A stretch of DNA of 64,000 nucleotides from an uncultured Bacteroidota bacterium (GTDB lineage: Bacteria; Bacteroidota; Bacteroidia; Flavobacteriales; Flavobacteriaceae). The position numbers and the translations under genes were made by a program. The stretch lies in the NCBI GenBank assembly GCA_902608795.1, contig CACLPI010000001.1, forward strand, positions 5,354 to 69,353, read 5' to 3'. Under the pieces are notes generated by a model, which was not told where the DNA came from, did not search any database, and saw only the letters and a program-made list of their open reading frames with translations. Positions within the stretch are counted from its first letter, which is position 1. Each line of letters opens with the position of its first letter. Of the stretch, positions 36,265 to 46,951 are shown piece after piece.

Positions 36265-37614
36265 TTGATGAACAACAGTAGTTTAAATGCAATTTCTCCG
36301 ATTGACGGAAGATACTCTTCAAAGACATCAGAGCTAAATAAATTTTTCTCTGAGAAAGCTTTAATGAAATATAGACTAATAGTTGAAATTGAATATTTTA
36401 TCAGTTTGTGTGAATTTGATATCCCCGAACTAAAAAACTTTGACCAGTCAAAGTTTGAATTATTAAGAAAAATATATATTGATTTTTCTAACGATGATGC
36501 ATCAATCATTAAAAAAATTGAAAAAACAACAAATCACGATGTAAAGGCAATTGAATATTTCCTTAAAGAAAAATTTGAAGACTTAAATCTGTCAAAATTT
36601 GTTGAATTTATCCATTTTGGACTAACATCCCAAGACATTAATAACACCGCCATCCCTCTGAGCTTAAAAGAAATGTTTGAGGAGGTATATTATAATTCAA
36701 TCGAATTAATTTTATCATCCTTAGAACAGATTTCAAACGAGTGGAAAGACATTCCTATGATTGCAAGAACTCATGGACAGCCAGCATCTCCAACCAAACT
36801 AGGAAAAGAAATAAAAGTTTTTATAACCCGAATTAATGAGCAATTAAAACTTTTAAGAGACATTCCAATTGCAGCTAAATTTGGTGGTGCTACAGGTAAT
36901 TTTAATGCCCATCATGTTGCGTACAAAAATCATAATTGGCTTCAATTTTCCAAGAATTTGATTGAAAATAAACTTGGATTGAAACATTCATATCCAACAA
37001 CACAAATTGAGCATTACGACCATTTGGCTGCAATATTTGATAATTTAAAAAGGATTAACACGATATTTATTGACTTTAACAGGGATATATGGCTCTATAT
37101 TTCTATGGATTACTTTAAGCAAAAAATTAAAAAAGGTGAAATTGGCAGTTCAGCAATGCCACATAAAGTAAATCCTATTGATTTTGAAAACAGCGAGGGT
37201 AATTTAGGATATGCCAATAGCATTTTTCAACATCTTTCTGAAAAACTACCTATTTCAAGACTTCAGAGAGATTTGACTGACAGTACTGTTTTAAGAAATA
37301 TAGGTGTTCCAATCTCACATACCTTAATTGCATTCAAATCAACCATTAAGGGAATTAATAAACTAATTGTCAATGAATCGAAGATTAAAGAAGATCTGAA
37401 TAACAACTGGCCAGTTGTAGCTGAAGCAATTCAGACAATTCTTAGAAGGACTAATTACCCAAAACCATACGAGGCACTAAAAGAATTAACTCGAACAAAT
37501 ACAAAAATTGATAAAAACAGTATCAAAAAATTCATTGATTCTCTAGATATTTCAGAGGAGATAAAATCAGAATTAAAAAATATAACACCAGAAAATTTTA
37601 CTGGAATTCACTAA
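36265..37614 (+). CDS. purB: Adenylosuccinate lyase
   Basis: LNAISPIDGRY, FGLTSQDINNTA and GSSAMPHKVNPIDFEN signature motifs. TTG 36265 is followed by ATG 36268. Confidence 0.95.
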   Translation: MMNNSSLNAISPIDGRYSSKTSELNKFFSEKALMKYRLIVEIEYFISLCEFDIPELKNFDQSKFELLRKIYIDFSNDDASIIKKIEKTTNHDVKAIEYFLKEKFEDLNLSKFVEFIHFGLTSQDINNTAIPLSLKEMFEEVYYNSIELILSSLEQISNEWKDIPMIARTHGQPASPTKLGKEIKVFITRINEQLKLLRDIPIAAKFGGATGNFNAHHVAYKNHNWLQFSKNLIENKLGLKHSYPTTQIEHYDHLAAIFDNLKRINTIFIDFNRDIWLYISMDYFKQKIKKGEIGSSAMPHKVNPIDFENSEGNLGYANSIFQHLSEKLPISRLQRDLTDSTVLRNIGVPISHTLIAFKSTIKGINKLIVNESKIKEDLNNNWPVVAEAIQTILRRTNYPKPYEALKELTRTNTKIDKNSIKKFIDSLDISEEIKSELKNITPENFTGIH

Positions 37615-37623
37615 ATTTAATAA

Positions 37624-39069
37624 ATGTATTCTAGATGCTTTTTTTTATATCTTTCTCTTTTTTCATTGTTATTTACTAGTTGCTTTGAAGATAATGATGA
37701 CAGTGCTGCCTTAGCAAGTGAAATAAACGATTTTGTGTGGAAGGGTATGAATGCTGCATATTTGTACAAACAGGAAGTTTCTGATTTAGATAATGACAGA
37801 TTTAATGATTCTAATGAATATGCCAGTTATTTAAATAATTATAATTCCCCTGAAGACTTATTTGAATCTCTTATTTATGAAAGAGATAATATTGATAAAT
37901 TCAGTCTGATTATAGATAATTATATTGAATTAGAGCAATATTTAAATGGAGTAAGCCTATCAAATGGTCTTAATTATGGACTCGTTTATTTCCCAAATTC
38001 GACTAATGAAATTTTTGGCTATGTCAGATATGTAAATAATGGATCAGCAGCAGATTTAGCCAATATAAATAGAGGTGATATCTTTCGAAGCATTGATAAT
38101 GTACCTCTGTCAGTTGATAATTATAGTGATTTATTATCACAAGAAATATACACAATTAATTTTGCTAATTATTTTAATAATGATACGGAGAATATCAGTG
38201 ATGACATAATAGAGTTGAACGGTATTAATATTGAATTGCAAAAAGTTCCCTTGGTTAAAAACCCTGTGCATCATTATTCTACTCTGGATTATTCTGGTGG
38301 AAAAATTGGTTACCTAATGTACAATCAATTTGTTTCAAATTATGATGATTATTTGAAGACAATTTTTTCTGAATTTAAATCGAACTCAATAGATGAATTA
38401 ATATTAGATCTTAGATATAATCCAGGAGGTAGTATTAATTCAGCAATAATATTAGCAAGTCTTGTTACAGGACAATTTGAAAATCAGATTTTTAATACTG
38501 AACAATGGAATAATGATATTCAAAATTATTGGATTAACAACAATCCCGAGTACTTAATAAACAGATTTACGAGTTTTCAAAGTAGTTTGAACTTAAATAG
38601 GGTTTTTATTCTTACAACAAGATCTTCCGCATCAGCAAGTGAATTAATAATAAATTGTTTAAAGCCTTATATAAATGTTGTTCATATAGGAACTACAACA
38701 TATGGTAAATATCAAGCTTCTGTTACTTTGTACGACTCAGAAAATTTTTCTAATCAAAATGTAAATCGTTCTCATAGTTATGCTCTACAACCACTTGTGT
38801 TAAAAACTTTAAACGCAAATGGTGTAACAGATTATTATAATGGAATTAACCCAGATTATGAGTTTGAGGAAAGGGCTTTTGATATGGGACAGATTGGAGA
38901 TTTAAATGAGCCTATGCTTAATTTTACATTTGGCATAATAAACTCTAGAATTTCTTTGGATTTAAAAACAGAATTATTTGAATATATTGATGATAATTTT
39001 AAATTTGAATTTTTGGAACGAGAAATGTATATCGATAACAGAGATATAGGAAAATTTTATGAAAAATAA
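37624..39069 (+). CDS. S41 family peptidase (lipoprotein)
   Basis: Lipobox-like LFTSC, plus LDLRYNPGGSI and TRSSASASE (catalytic Ser region) of the S41 family. Confidence 0.8.
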   Translation: MYSRCFFLYLSLFSLLFTSCFEDNDDSAALASEINDFVWKGMNAAYLYKQEVSDLDNDRFNDSNEYASYLNNYNSPEDLFESLIYERDNIDKFSLIIDNYIELEQYLNGVSLSNGLNYGLVYFPNSTNEIFGYVRYVNNGSAADLANINRGDIFRSIDNVPLSVDNYSDLLSQEIYTINFANYFNNDTENISDDIIELNGINIELQKVPLVKNPVHHYSTLDYSGGKIGYLMYNQFVSNYDDYLKTIFSEFKSNSIDELILDLRYNPGGSINSAIILASLVTGQFENQIFNTEQWNNDIQNYWINNNPEYLINRFTSFQSSLNLNRVFILTTRSSASASELIINCLKPYINVVHIGTTTYGKYQASVTLYDSENFSNQNVNRSHSYALQPLVLKTLNANGVTDYYNGINPDYEFEERAFDMGQIGDLNEPMLNFTFGIINSRISLDLKTELFEYIDDNFKFEFLEREMYIDNRDIGKFYEK

Positions 39070-39556
39070 ATTTGACAGAATTCAAAAAATTGTCCTCTTA
39101 ATCATAATTTTTGGGGTTATTTGTCGGCTGATACCTCATCCGCCAAATTTTTCACCTGTTACTGCAATTGCTTTATTTGGTGGACTTAATTTTTCAGATA
39201 AAAGACTAGCTTTTTCAATCCCTCTAATTATTTTATTTCTGTCTGATTTAATACTTGGTATTTCAATAATAAATTTATTTGTTTACACCGGCTTTTTGAC
39301 GATAGTTTTTTTAGGTACTAAGATTAAATCAATAAAATTTGAAAATATAATTTTAAGTAGTTTTATTTTCTTTTTAATATCAAATTTTGGTGTATGGATA
39401 ATTGGTTATCCAAAAAACATTGAAGGATTAATTCTGTGTTATACAATGGCGATACCATTTTTTGGCTATTCAATTGCAGGAGATTTGTTTTTTGGGTATT
39501 TATTTAAAATCTCATTTAGTAAAATTACTTCAATTTTACCAAGTAGAATAAACTAA
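39059..39556 (+). CDS. DUF6580 family putative membrane transport protein
   Basis: The RLIPHPPNFSPVTAIALFGG motif and about 5 TM segments. Confidence 0.65.
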   Translation: MKNKFDRIQKIVLLIIIFGVICRLIPHPPNFSPVTAIALFGGLNFSDKRLAFSIPLIILFLSDLILGISIINLFVYTGFLTIVFLGTKIKSIKFENIILSSFIFFLISNFGVWIIGYPKNIEGLILCYTMAIPFFGYSIAGDLFFGYLFKISFSKITSILPSRIN

Positions 39557-40665
39557 TCATCTGATTGTGGTTTTTCAATTAGTTCTGAATTAATTTCTAA
39601 CTTAGAAGTTCCTGAAATCCTAATAATATCTTTATCAATTTTTTTAAACTCTTTAGTACTGTCATTATAATGATTTACTGCAGTACCTAATGTGTTTCCT
39701 AACTTATCGTGATATGTTTTATAAGCATTTAGGTGACTAGACAACTTTTCGACATTTTTTATTATATCTTTAATGGAATCTTCTACTTTCATGTTGTGGA
39801 GTGCTTTGACTGTAATCTGTAACATTGGGAAAAGGCTCATTGGTGAAACAATCATTACTTTTTTTTCGTAAGCATAATTGACTAAATCTCTTTGATTGAT
39901 TTTCAAGGATCCAACCCTGCTATTTAGTAAGTCTTGATATAATCCATCAGCAGGGATAAACATATAAGCATAATCTGTTGTTTTTTCGTTAGGTCTGATA
40001 TATTTAGCTGTTTCATCAATTCTATTCTTTATATCAGATTTGAATTTTTTTTCTAAATCGACTAATTCTTCTTTGTTTTCTGATTCAATCATTTTATTAT
40101 AATTATCCAGTGAGAATTTAGCGTCAATTGGAATAATATATTCACCAACCCTAACTATTGCATCAACGGTTTCTTTGTTTGAAAATGTATGCTGCATTTT
40201 AAAAAGTTCAGGAGGTAATACATTTGCAAGTAAATTCTCCAATTGAATTTCACCTAAAACACCCCTTTGCTTCTGATTGCCAAGAATTTTTTCTAGAGTT
40301 TTCATCTGGTTTGCAAAACTAAGAACCTGTTCGTTTGTACCCTTAATTTTTTCCAACTCGGTAGTAACATCTTTTATGACCTTATTAGACTCTTTAAACT
40401 GCTCAGTAATCGAGTCAGTGGATGATTTCTGAAAATCATTAATTTGTTTGTTGATAATATTCAATTTTGCTTCTATCTCGCCTCTACTTTCCTTGGAATT
40501 ACTACTAATTTCTTTTCTTATTTCTTGAATTTGAGAATTTAAAGTATTGGAAAAATTCATTAAATCAGTGGATCCAATTGAACTAGCAGAGGAACTTGAT
40601 TTATAGATCAAATAAAGAAGAACTATTGAAACAAAAACCAATAATATTAATATGATTAAATCCAT
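39553..40665 (-). CDS. rmuC: DNA recombination protein RmuC
   Basis: N-terminal TM segment, a long coiled coil and the RmuC nuclease-like C-terminus (VDAIV......IPIDAKF, MFIP.DGLY). Confidence 0.85.
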   Translation of the reverse strand: MDLIILILLVFVSIVLLYLIYKSSSSASSIGSTDLMNFSNTLNSQIQEIRKEISSNSKESRGEIEAKLNIINKQINDFQKSSTDSITEQFKESNKVIKDVTTELEKIKGTNEQVLSFANQMKTLEKILGNQKQRGVLGEIQLENLLANVLPPELFKMQHTFSNKETVDAIVRVGEYIIPIDAKFSLDNYNKMIESENKEELVDLEKKFKSDIKNRIDETAKYIRPNEKTTDYAYMFIPADGLYQDLLNSRVGSLKINQRDLVNYAYEKKVMIVSPMSLFPMLQITVKALHNMKVEDSIKDIIKNVEKLSSHLNAYKTYHDKLGNTLGTAVNHYNDSTKEFKKIDKDIIRISGTSKLEINSELIEKPQSDD

Positions 40666-40715
40666 CTAAAACAATTTACAATTAATTTACAGAATAATAA
40701 AAAAAGAAGATTATT

Positions 40716-43568
40716 CTATTTACTTAAATACATTTTACGTCTAGAGTACAACTCATAGAACTTATCATCCTGAAGATTATCAATAAATAAAATACTCTCA
40801 CCAGTACTTTTCATTTCTGGCCCTAGTTTTTTATTTACATTAGGGAATTTACTAAAAGAGAATACTGGCTCTTTGATTGCATACCCTTTATAAGTTGGTT
40901 TAAATTCAAAATCCTTTACTTTATTTTCGCCTAGCATTACTTTGGTTGCATAATTTACATAAGGCTCCCTGTAAGCTTTAGAAATAAAAGGAACTGTTCT
41001 TGAAGCACGTGGATTGGCTTCAATGATATAAACCTTATCATTTACAATTGCAAACTGTACATTTATTAATCCAACTGTATTTAATGCTTTAGCTATTTTT
41101 TTAGTATGATCTTCAATCTGTTGAATAACTAAATCGCCTAAATTAAAAGGCGGTAAGCAGGCATTACTATCACCAGAATGAATACCACAGGGTTCTATAT
41201 GCTCCATTATTCCGATTATGTACACATCTTGTCCATCACAAATTGCATCAGCTTCAGCTTCGATTGCACCATCTAGATAATGATCTAATAAAAGTTTATT
41301 ATCAGGAATTCTTCTTAATAGATTAATTACATGCTCTTCTAATTCTTCTTTGTTAATCACAATTTTCATTCCTTGGCCACCAAGAACATATGAGGGTCTA
41401 ACCAAGATCGGAAAATCTAATTTTTCAGCAACTGCAAGTGCTTCATCAGCAGTAGAAGCAGTATCAAACATCGGATAAGGAATATCATTTTCCTTTAATA
41501 AAGTTGAGAATGATCCTCTATCTTCAGCTAAATCTAGAGATTTGAAATTAGTACCAATTATTTTGACTCCGTATCTCTCAAGCTTTTCAGCCAATTTTAA
41601 TGCGGTTTGCCCCCCCAATTGCACAATCACACCCACAGGTTTTTCATGTCTAATTATGTCATAAATATGCTCCCAAAAAACTGGTTCAAAATACAACTTA
41701 TCGGCTATGTCAAAATCGGTAGACACTGTTTCTGGATTACAATTAATCATAATCGTTTCATAGCCACACTCGGAGCTTGCCAAAATTCCATGTACACAGC
41801 AATAATCAAACTCAATCCCTTGACCAATTCTATTGGGTCCAGATCCAAGAACTATAATTTTCTTTTTATCAGTAACTAGACTTTCATTTTCTGAATATTT
41901 TGCTCCATCTTTTGTTTCAATTTCATTTTCAAAAGTTGAGTAATAATAAGGAGTAAAGGCCTTGAATTCAGCAGCACAAGTATCAACCAGCTTGTAGACT
42001 CTTTTGATACTCATTTCATCTCTTTTTGAATATACTTGACTTTCCAAACATCCAAGAATATGAGCAATTTGTCTATCACCGTAACCTTTTTGTTTTGCCT
42101 CCAACAGTAAATCTCTAGGAATTGAATTAATCTTGTAATTGGAAATTTCATTTCTTAGAATATGTAGTTCCTCATATTGTTTTAGGAACCACATGTCAAT
42201 TTTAGTTAGCTCGTATATTCTGCTTAATGGAATACCCATTTGAATTGCATCATAAATAACAAATACCCTGTCCCATGAGGCGATAGATAATTTAGAAATT
42301 ATAGTTTCATAATCAGTAACTCCTTTACCGTCAGCTCCAAGTCCATTTCTTTTTATTTCAAGAGATTGAGTTGCTTTATGAAGGGCTTCCTGAAAAGACC
42401 TACCTATCCCCATAACTTCACCAACTGCTTTCATTTGGAGACCCAATCGTCTATCACTTCCCTCAAACTTATCAAAATTCCATCTTGGAATTTTAACAAT
42501 AACATAATCTAGTGTAGGCTCAAACAATGCAGATGTAGATTTAGTAATTTGATTCTGTAATTCATCTAAATTGTAACCAATTGCTAATTTTGCAGCAATT
42601 TTGGCTATTGGGTAACCTGTGGCCTTACTTGCCAAAGCTGAGGACCTAGAAACCCTGGGATTAATCTCAATTGCAATAATATCTTCCTTGTCGTCAGGAC
42701 TTACCGCAAACTGAACATTACATCCACCTGCAAAATCTCCAATACTTCTCATCATTTTGATTGCCATGTCTCTCATTTTTTGATAAGTTGTATCACTCAG
42801 AGTCATTGCGGGTGCAACTGTTATAGAATCCCCAGTGTGTATTCCCATTGGATCCATATTTTCAATTGAGCAGATGATTACCACATTATCGTTTGCATCT
42901 CTGAGTAATTCAAGCTCATACTCCTTCCAACCGATTAGTGCTTTATCAATCATAACCTCATGTATGGGTGAGGTTTCTAATCCTCTTGTCAACAATTCAT
43001 CAAAATCTTTTTCTTCATATACAAAAGAGGCACCAGTTCCGCCTAATGTAAACGAGGCTCTGATAACAAGAGGAAATCCAAACTTTTGAGCAATTTCTTT
43101 TCCTTTTAGGTATGATGTTGCTGTGGCTTGTGGTGCCATGGGTATACCAATATCTAACATTAAATTTCTGAACTGTTCTCTATCTTCAGTAATATTAATA
43201 GCGTTAATATCGACTCCGATTATTTTTACATTAAAATCATCCCATATTCCTTTGTCATCAGCTTCAATACAAAGATTTAATGCGGTTTGACCACCCATTG
43301 TTGGTAATACTGCGTCAATTTGTGGATGCTCCTTTAAAATTTTAATTATCGAGGATGTATTTAAGGGAAGCAAATATATATGATCAGCCATAACAGGATC
43401 TGTCATAATTGTTGCAGGGTTTGAGTTAATCAAAATAGTCTCTATTCCATCTTCTTTTAAAGATCTTAGAGCTTGTGAACCTGAGTAATCGAACTCACAT
43501 GCTTGACCTATCACAATTGGACCGGAACCTATAATAAGTAGAGACTTCAGCTTAGTATCTTTCGGCAT
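40716..43568 (-). CDS. carB: Carbamoyl-phosphate synthase large subunit
   Basis: 950 aa with duplicated ATP-grasp halves. LIIGSGPIVIGQACEFDYSG and VLGSGPNRIGQGIEFDYC motifs. Confidence 0.95.
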   Translation of the reverse strand: MPKDTKLKSLLIIGSGPIVIGQACEFDYSGSQALRSLKEDGIETILINSNPATIMTDPVMADHIYLLPLNTSSIIKILKEHPQIDAVLPTMGGQTALNLCIEADDKGIWDDFNVKIIGVDINAINITEDREQFRNLMLDIGIPMAPQATATSYLKGKEIAQKFGFPLVIRASFTLGGTGASFVYEEKDFDELLTRGLETSPIHEVMIDKALIGWKEYELELLRDANDNVVIICSIENMDPMGIHTGDSITVAPAMTLSDTTYQKMRDMAIKMMRSIGDFAGGCNVQFAVSPDDKEDIIAIEINPRVSRSSALASKATGYPIAKIAAKLAIGYNLDELQNQITKSTSALFEPTLDYVIVKIPRWNFDKFEGSDRRLGLQMKAVGEVMGIGRSFQEALHKATQSLEIKRNGLGADGKGVTDYETIISKLSIASWDRVFVIYDAIQMGIPLSRIYELTKIDMWFLKQYEELHILRNEISNYKINSIPRDLLLEAKQKGYGDRQIAHILGCLESQVYSKRDEMSIKRVYKLVDTCAAEFKAFTPYYYSTFENEIETKDGAKYSENESLVTDKKKIIVLGSGPNRIGQGIEFDYCCVHGILASSECGYETIMINCNPETVSTDFDIADKLYFEPVFWEHIYDIIRHEKPVGVIVQLGGQTALKLAEKLERYGVKIIGTNFKSLDLAEDRGSFSTLLKENDIPYPMFDTASTADEALAVAEKLDFPILVRPSYVLGGQGMKIVINKEELEEHVINLLRRIPDNKLLLDHYLDGAIEAEADAICDGQDVYIIGIMEHIEPCGIHSGDSNACLPPFNLGDLVIQQIEDHTKKIAKALNTVGLINVQFAIVNDKVYIIEANPRASRTVPFISKAYREPYVNYATKVMLGENKVKDFEFKPTYKGYAIKEPVFSFSKFPNVNKKLGPEMKSTGESILFIDNLQDDKFYELYSRRKMYLSK

Positions 43569-43600
43569 TGAATTAAAGTTTTTTAAATGTACTAATCAAA

Positions 43601-43635
43601 AAAATAAAAAAAAAGGTGTTACTATTAGTAACACC
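43601..43635 (-). terminator. Rho-independent terminator after rpmH
   Basis: Perfect 9-bp stem ggtgttact (43615-43623) / agtaacacc (43627-43635). On the minus strand it is followed by a long T-rich run (plus-strand A-rich 43601-43614). Confidence 0.65.
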
Positions 43636-43664
43636 ATATAATATATTAACAATTGTTAATCATT

Positions 43665-43823
43665 TTATTTCGGGCTGTTTTCCGATGAAACTGAAAGCTT
43701 CTTTCTGCCCTTTGCTCTTCTTCTTGAAAGCACCTTTCTTCCGGCAACAGTTGACATTCTTTCTCTGAAACCGTGCTTATTTTTTCTCTTACGCTTTGAA
43801 GGCTGAAAAGTTCTTTTACTCAT
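43665..43823 (-). CDS. rpmH: 50S ribosomal protein L34 (not in the ORF track)
   Basis: Manual translation gives [52 protein letters not shown], the canonical L34 sequence. Confidence 0.9.
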   Translation of the reverse strand: MSKRTFQPSKRKRKNKHGFRERMSTVAGRKVLSRRRAKGRKKLSVSSENSPK

Positions 43824-43860
43824 TTTTTATTAATAAATGTTTTGAAACTAAAACTGCGGT

Positions 43861-43868
43861 CAAATATA
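43861..43868 (-). promoter_or_regulatory. Putative -7 box (TATATTTG) for rpmH
   Basis: Exact TAnnTTTG on the minus strand, 38 nt upstream of ATG 43823. Confidence 0.4.
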
Positions 43869-43956
43869 CAAAGAGTTTTTAGTTAAACAAATCAATTTAT
43901 TTAATAATTATCAATTTGTTTTTTATTAATTTTATCCGACCTAAATTGCAAAAAAT

Positions 43957-44526
43957 ATGTTTAACAAGTATATCAAAATAGTATTATCGATATTATTTTT
44001 GGCCCTATCAATTCAGCAATTTATAGATGGTTCAGTAGGCTCGGTTGGAAATGGAATTATGTTGATTTTACTGTCATTGGTTTTTGTTTTCTTATTTTTC
44101 AAAAATGAATTTTTAATATTGGCATTTTTTCAATTAAGAAAGCAAAATCTAGATGGTGCTAATAGATGGTTGAACATAATTAAAAATCCAAAATCAGCAC
44201 TTACGACAAAACAGCAGGGTTATTATAATTACTTAAAAGGGCTAATAATATCTCAAGAAAATACGAATCAAGCTGAAAAATATTTTCGTGCGGCGATATC
44301 ATTGGGATTGAATATGGATCATGATTTAGCAATGGCTAAATTAAATCTAGCTGGAATACTTTTTACTAAAAGAAGAAGGATTGAAGCTCAAAAACTACTA
44401 AAAGAAGCCCAAGATCTTGATAAAAATGGAATGTTTAATGATCAAATCAAAATGATGAAAAATCAAATGAAAAAAACAAATATTCCTAATCAACATTTTG
44501 GAAGAAATAATATGAGAAGAAGGTAA
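43957..44526 (+). CDS. Hypothetical membrane-anchored protein with TPR-like helical C-terminal half
   Basis: 189 aa with two N-terminal hydrophobic segments, then a helical repeat-like region. No family recognised. Confidence 0.5.
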   Translation: MFNKYIKIVLSILFLALSIQQFIDGSVGSVGNGIMLILLSLVFVFLFFKNEFLILAFFQLRKQNLDGANRWLNIIKNPKSALTTKQQGYYNYLKGLIISQENTNQAEKYFRAAISLGLNMDHDLAMAKLNLAGILFTKRRRIEAQKLLKEAQDLDKNGMFNDQIKMMKNQMKKTNIPNQHFGRNNMRRR

Positions 44527-44532
44527 ATTTTT

Positions 44533-45198
44533 TTATTTTTCAATTAACGAAGGTAAATTTTCATTAAACCACTTTGCTTTTAGTATTATCATCTCATGTT
44601 TTCCACCCTTAATTTTTATACAATTTGAAATGTTTTCAATTGGAAAAACATTGTCTTTATCTCCATGGATGTGTATCAAATCTGGTCTATATTCTTCTTG
44701 TTTCCAGTTTAACAGACTTGAAACAGCCCACTCAAGGTAAATTTCATCTCTTTTCGTTAAATATCTTTCAGCAAGGTCAATTCTCTTATACAATTTGTTT
44801 ATGTTTAGTTTAAGTGAAAACTTGATAAAGTTATCAAACATTCCAAACGGCAGAGCATTGTTAAGCTGATAATCTCTTGCAATTTTATAAAGAACGGGGA
44901 ATTCTTTGTGACTTTTTACACTTGAAACAATAATCAACTTTTTAACATTTATAAGTTTATCAAGCTCCTGAACAATAATTCCACCAAAAGATACCCCCAA
45001 TAAAATTGGGTTATCATGTTTAATTTTTTTAGACAATCTGAAACAATAAGCATTTAAACTTTCACTTTTTTTTGGCTGAATCCAATCAATTCTGTGTAAT
45101 GAATATTTTTTACTACATAGCTTTATATTTTCAAAAACCAAAGATGTAGCTGCTAAGCCAGGCATAAGATAAATATGTGTTTTTTCGTACGTAATCAA
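44533..45198 (-). CDS. Alpha/beta hydrolase fold protein
   Basis: A GVSFGG nucleophile elbow (GxSxG) and a late HGDKD...H pattern. Confidence 0.7.
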   Translation of the reverse strand: MITYEKTHIYLMPGLAATSLVFENIKLCSKKYSLHRIDWIQPKKSESLNAYCFRLSKKIKHDNPILLGVSFGGIIVQELDKLINVKKLIIVSSVKSHKEFPVLYKIARDYQLNNALPFGMFDNFIKFSLKLNINKLYKRIDLAERYLTKRDEIYLEWAVSSLLNWKQEEYRPDLIHIHGDKDNVFPIENISNCIKIKGGKHEMIILKAKWFNENLPSLIEK

Positions 45199-45229
45199 TT
45201 TGATAATTAATAGTTTATTATAAATTTAT

Positions 45230-45237
45230 TATTTTTG
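45230..45237 (+). promoter_or_regulatory. Putative -7 box (TATTTTTG) for the small GNAT-like gene
   Basis: Exact TAnnTTTG 29 nt upstream of ATG 45266. Confidence 0.35.
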
Positions 45238-45265
45238 CACTTAACTTTTTGATTAAATTTTGTTT

Positions 45266-45550
45266 ATGGAAATAGTGGACAACAATTTTTTAAGACAATT
45301 TGAAACCAAAATTGGTGGTGGATTAGCAATAATAGAGTATTCTGTACAGGAAAGAAAGATTTTTTTAACTAAAATTTTTGTACCTGAAATAAAGTCTAAA
45401 GATGAGTTTTCAGAAAAATTTATTTCAGAAGTTTTAGAAATTATCCGAGACAGGAATATAAGTGTTGTTCCAACAGCTGCAATTATTACAAAGTTTATCA
45501 GAAAAAACAGAAAGTACAAGTCCTTACTACCGGTTGGAATAAGAATATAA
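45266..45550 (+). CDS. Small GNAT-like N-acetyltransferase domain protein (YjdJ / PF14542 type)
   Basis: MEIVDN...FE....G..A.IEYS.QERKIFLT...VPE......VVP.....FIRKN..YK.LL pattern. The 3' end overlaps the convergent mtaB by 24 nt. Confidence 0.7.
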   Translation: MEIVDNNFLRQFETKIGGGLAIIEYSVQERKIFLTKIFVPEIKSKDEFSEKFISEVLEIIRDRNISVVPTAAIITKFIRKNRKYKSLLPVGIRI

Positions 45551-46891
45551 ATATTGCTTTTCCTTCTTCATTTTTTTTTCACTTATCTTAATTCTTACAA
45601 ATCCATCATTATCGATTTCTATAAGCTTGGCTTGAACAATTTTGTTTGATAGATTAGGACTCCACGGGTGTCTTACCCTTAAATAATTGTCCGTGTAACC
45701 GTAAATATATCCAAGTTTATTCTCAGACTCAAATAAAACAGGTCTAACCCGATTAATTTGAGAATTATAAAATATTCTACGCTTTTTTTCGGAAAGAGAT
45801 CTCAACATTTTACTTCTTTGAAATCTAACATTTTTAGGTACAGGATTAAGCATATTTGAAGCTTCGGTATTATCTCTTTCTGAATATGAAAAAACATGCA
45901 AATATGATATATCTAGATTTAATAAAAAATTATATGTTTCCTGAAAGTCCGAATCTGTTTCACCAGGAAAGCCAACAATCACATCTACTCCGACGCATAC
46001 ATCGTTAATCTTAGAGTGAATATATCTAATCCTGTCTTCATAAAGATCTTTTCTGTATCGCCTCTTCATTAATCCTAATATCTTATTTGAACCGCTTTGC
46101 ATTGGAATATGAAAATGAGGAACAAATAAATTGCTGGTTGCAACAAAATCAATGATATCGTTTTTTAATAGATTAGGCTCAATTGATGAAATTCTAAACC
46201 TATTGATGTTTTTTGTTAAATCTAATTCTTTTATTAATTCAAGAAAGGTTGTTTCATGGCTCTTATTACCAAATTCACCTTTACCATAATCTCCAATATT
46301 TACGCCAGTTAAAATAATTTCTTTTATATCTTTTGACGCAATTTCAGAAACATTCATTTTGATATTTTCAAGACTATCACTTCTTGAAATACCCCTTGCA
46401 TTTGGAATAGTACAATATGTACATTTATAATCACAACCGTCTTGAACTTTTAAAAATGATCTTGTTCTATCATCAACAGAGTAGCTACTTTCATATTTAT
46501 TAACATCATTAATATCACAGGAGTAAACAAAAGTATTTGCTTTATCAAGTTGCCCAATGTAATCAATAACATTAAATTTTTCATTTGCCCCTAACACCAA
46601 ATCAACACCAGGAATGTTAGAAATATATTTGGGCTTTAGCTGGGCATAACATCCAACAACAATATTAAACGCATCAGGGTTGCTTCTTTTTGATCTATTT
46701 AAAACATTTTTAAACTTTTTGTCAGCATTATCCGTAACAGAGCAAGTATTAATCACATAAAAATCTGCTTTTTTCGAAAAATCTGTTAATTCAAAACCAT
46801 TTTCTACAAATGATCTTGCAATGGTTGAAGATTCTGTGAAATTTAATTTACAACCTAGAGTGTGAAAAGCAACTTTTTTCTTTGTTGACAT
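45527..46891 (-). CDS. mtaB: tRNA (t6A37) methylthiotransferase MtaB (radical SAM)
   Basis: The N-terminal HTLGCKLN..ES and INTCSVT (UPF0004 domain), the radical SAM motif CDYKCTYC and a TRAM-like C-terminus. Confidence 0.85.
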   Translation of the reverse strand: MSTKKKVAFHTLGCKLNFTESSTIARSFVENGFELTDFSKKADFYVINTCSVTDNADKKFKNVLNRSKRSNPDAFNIVVGCYAQLKPKYISNIPGVDLVLGANEKFNVIDYIGQLDKANTFVYSCDINDVNKYESSYSVDDRTRSFLKVQDGCDYKCTYCTIPNARGISRSDSLENIKMNVSEIASKDIKEIILTGVNIGDYGKGEFGNKSHETTFLELIKELDLTKNINRFRISSIEPNLLKNDIIDFVATSNLFVPHFHIPMQSGSNKILGLMKRRYRKDLYEDRIRYIHSKINDVCVGVDVIVGFPGETDSDFQETYNFLLNLDISYLHVFSYSERDNTEASNMLNPVPKNVRFQRSKMLRSLSEKKRRIFYNSQINRVRPVLFESENKLGYIYGYTDNYLRVRHPWSPNLSNKIVQAKLIEIDNDGFVRIKISEKKMKKEKQYLYSYSNR

Positions 46892-46951
46892 ATAAATATT
46901 CTAAAAGGATTGTAAATTTACGACTAATTATGTTTCTCAAAAAAATAAAGC

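Noticed and set aside
43646-43659. Perfect 14-bp palindrome TTAACAATTGTTAA just downstream of the rpmH stop. I considered an operator for carB.
   Set aside because: AT-only palindromes of this size arise easily at about 30% GC. It lies upstream of (5' to) the rpmH terminator on the minus strand, so it is inside the rpmH 3' UTR rather than in a carB promoter. I saw no second copy in the window.
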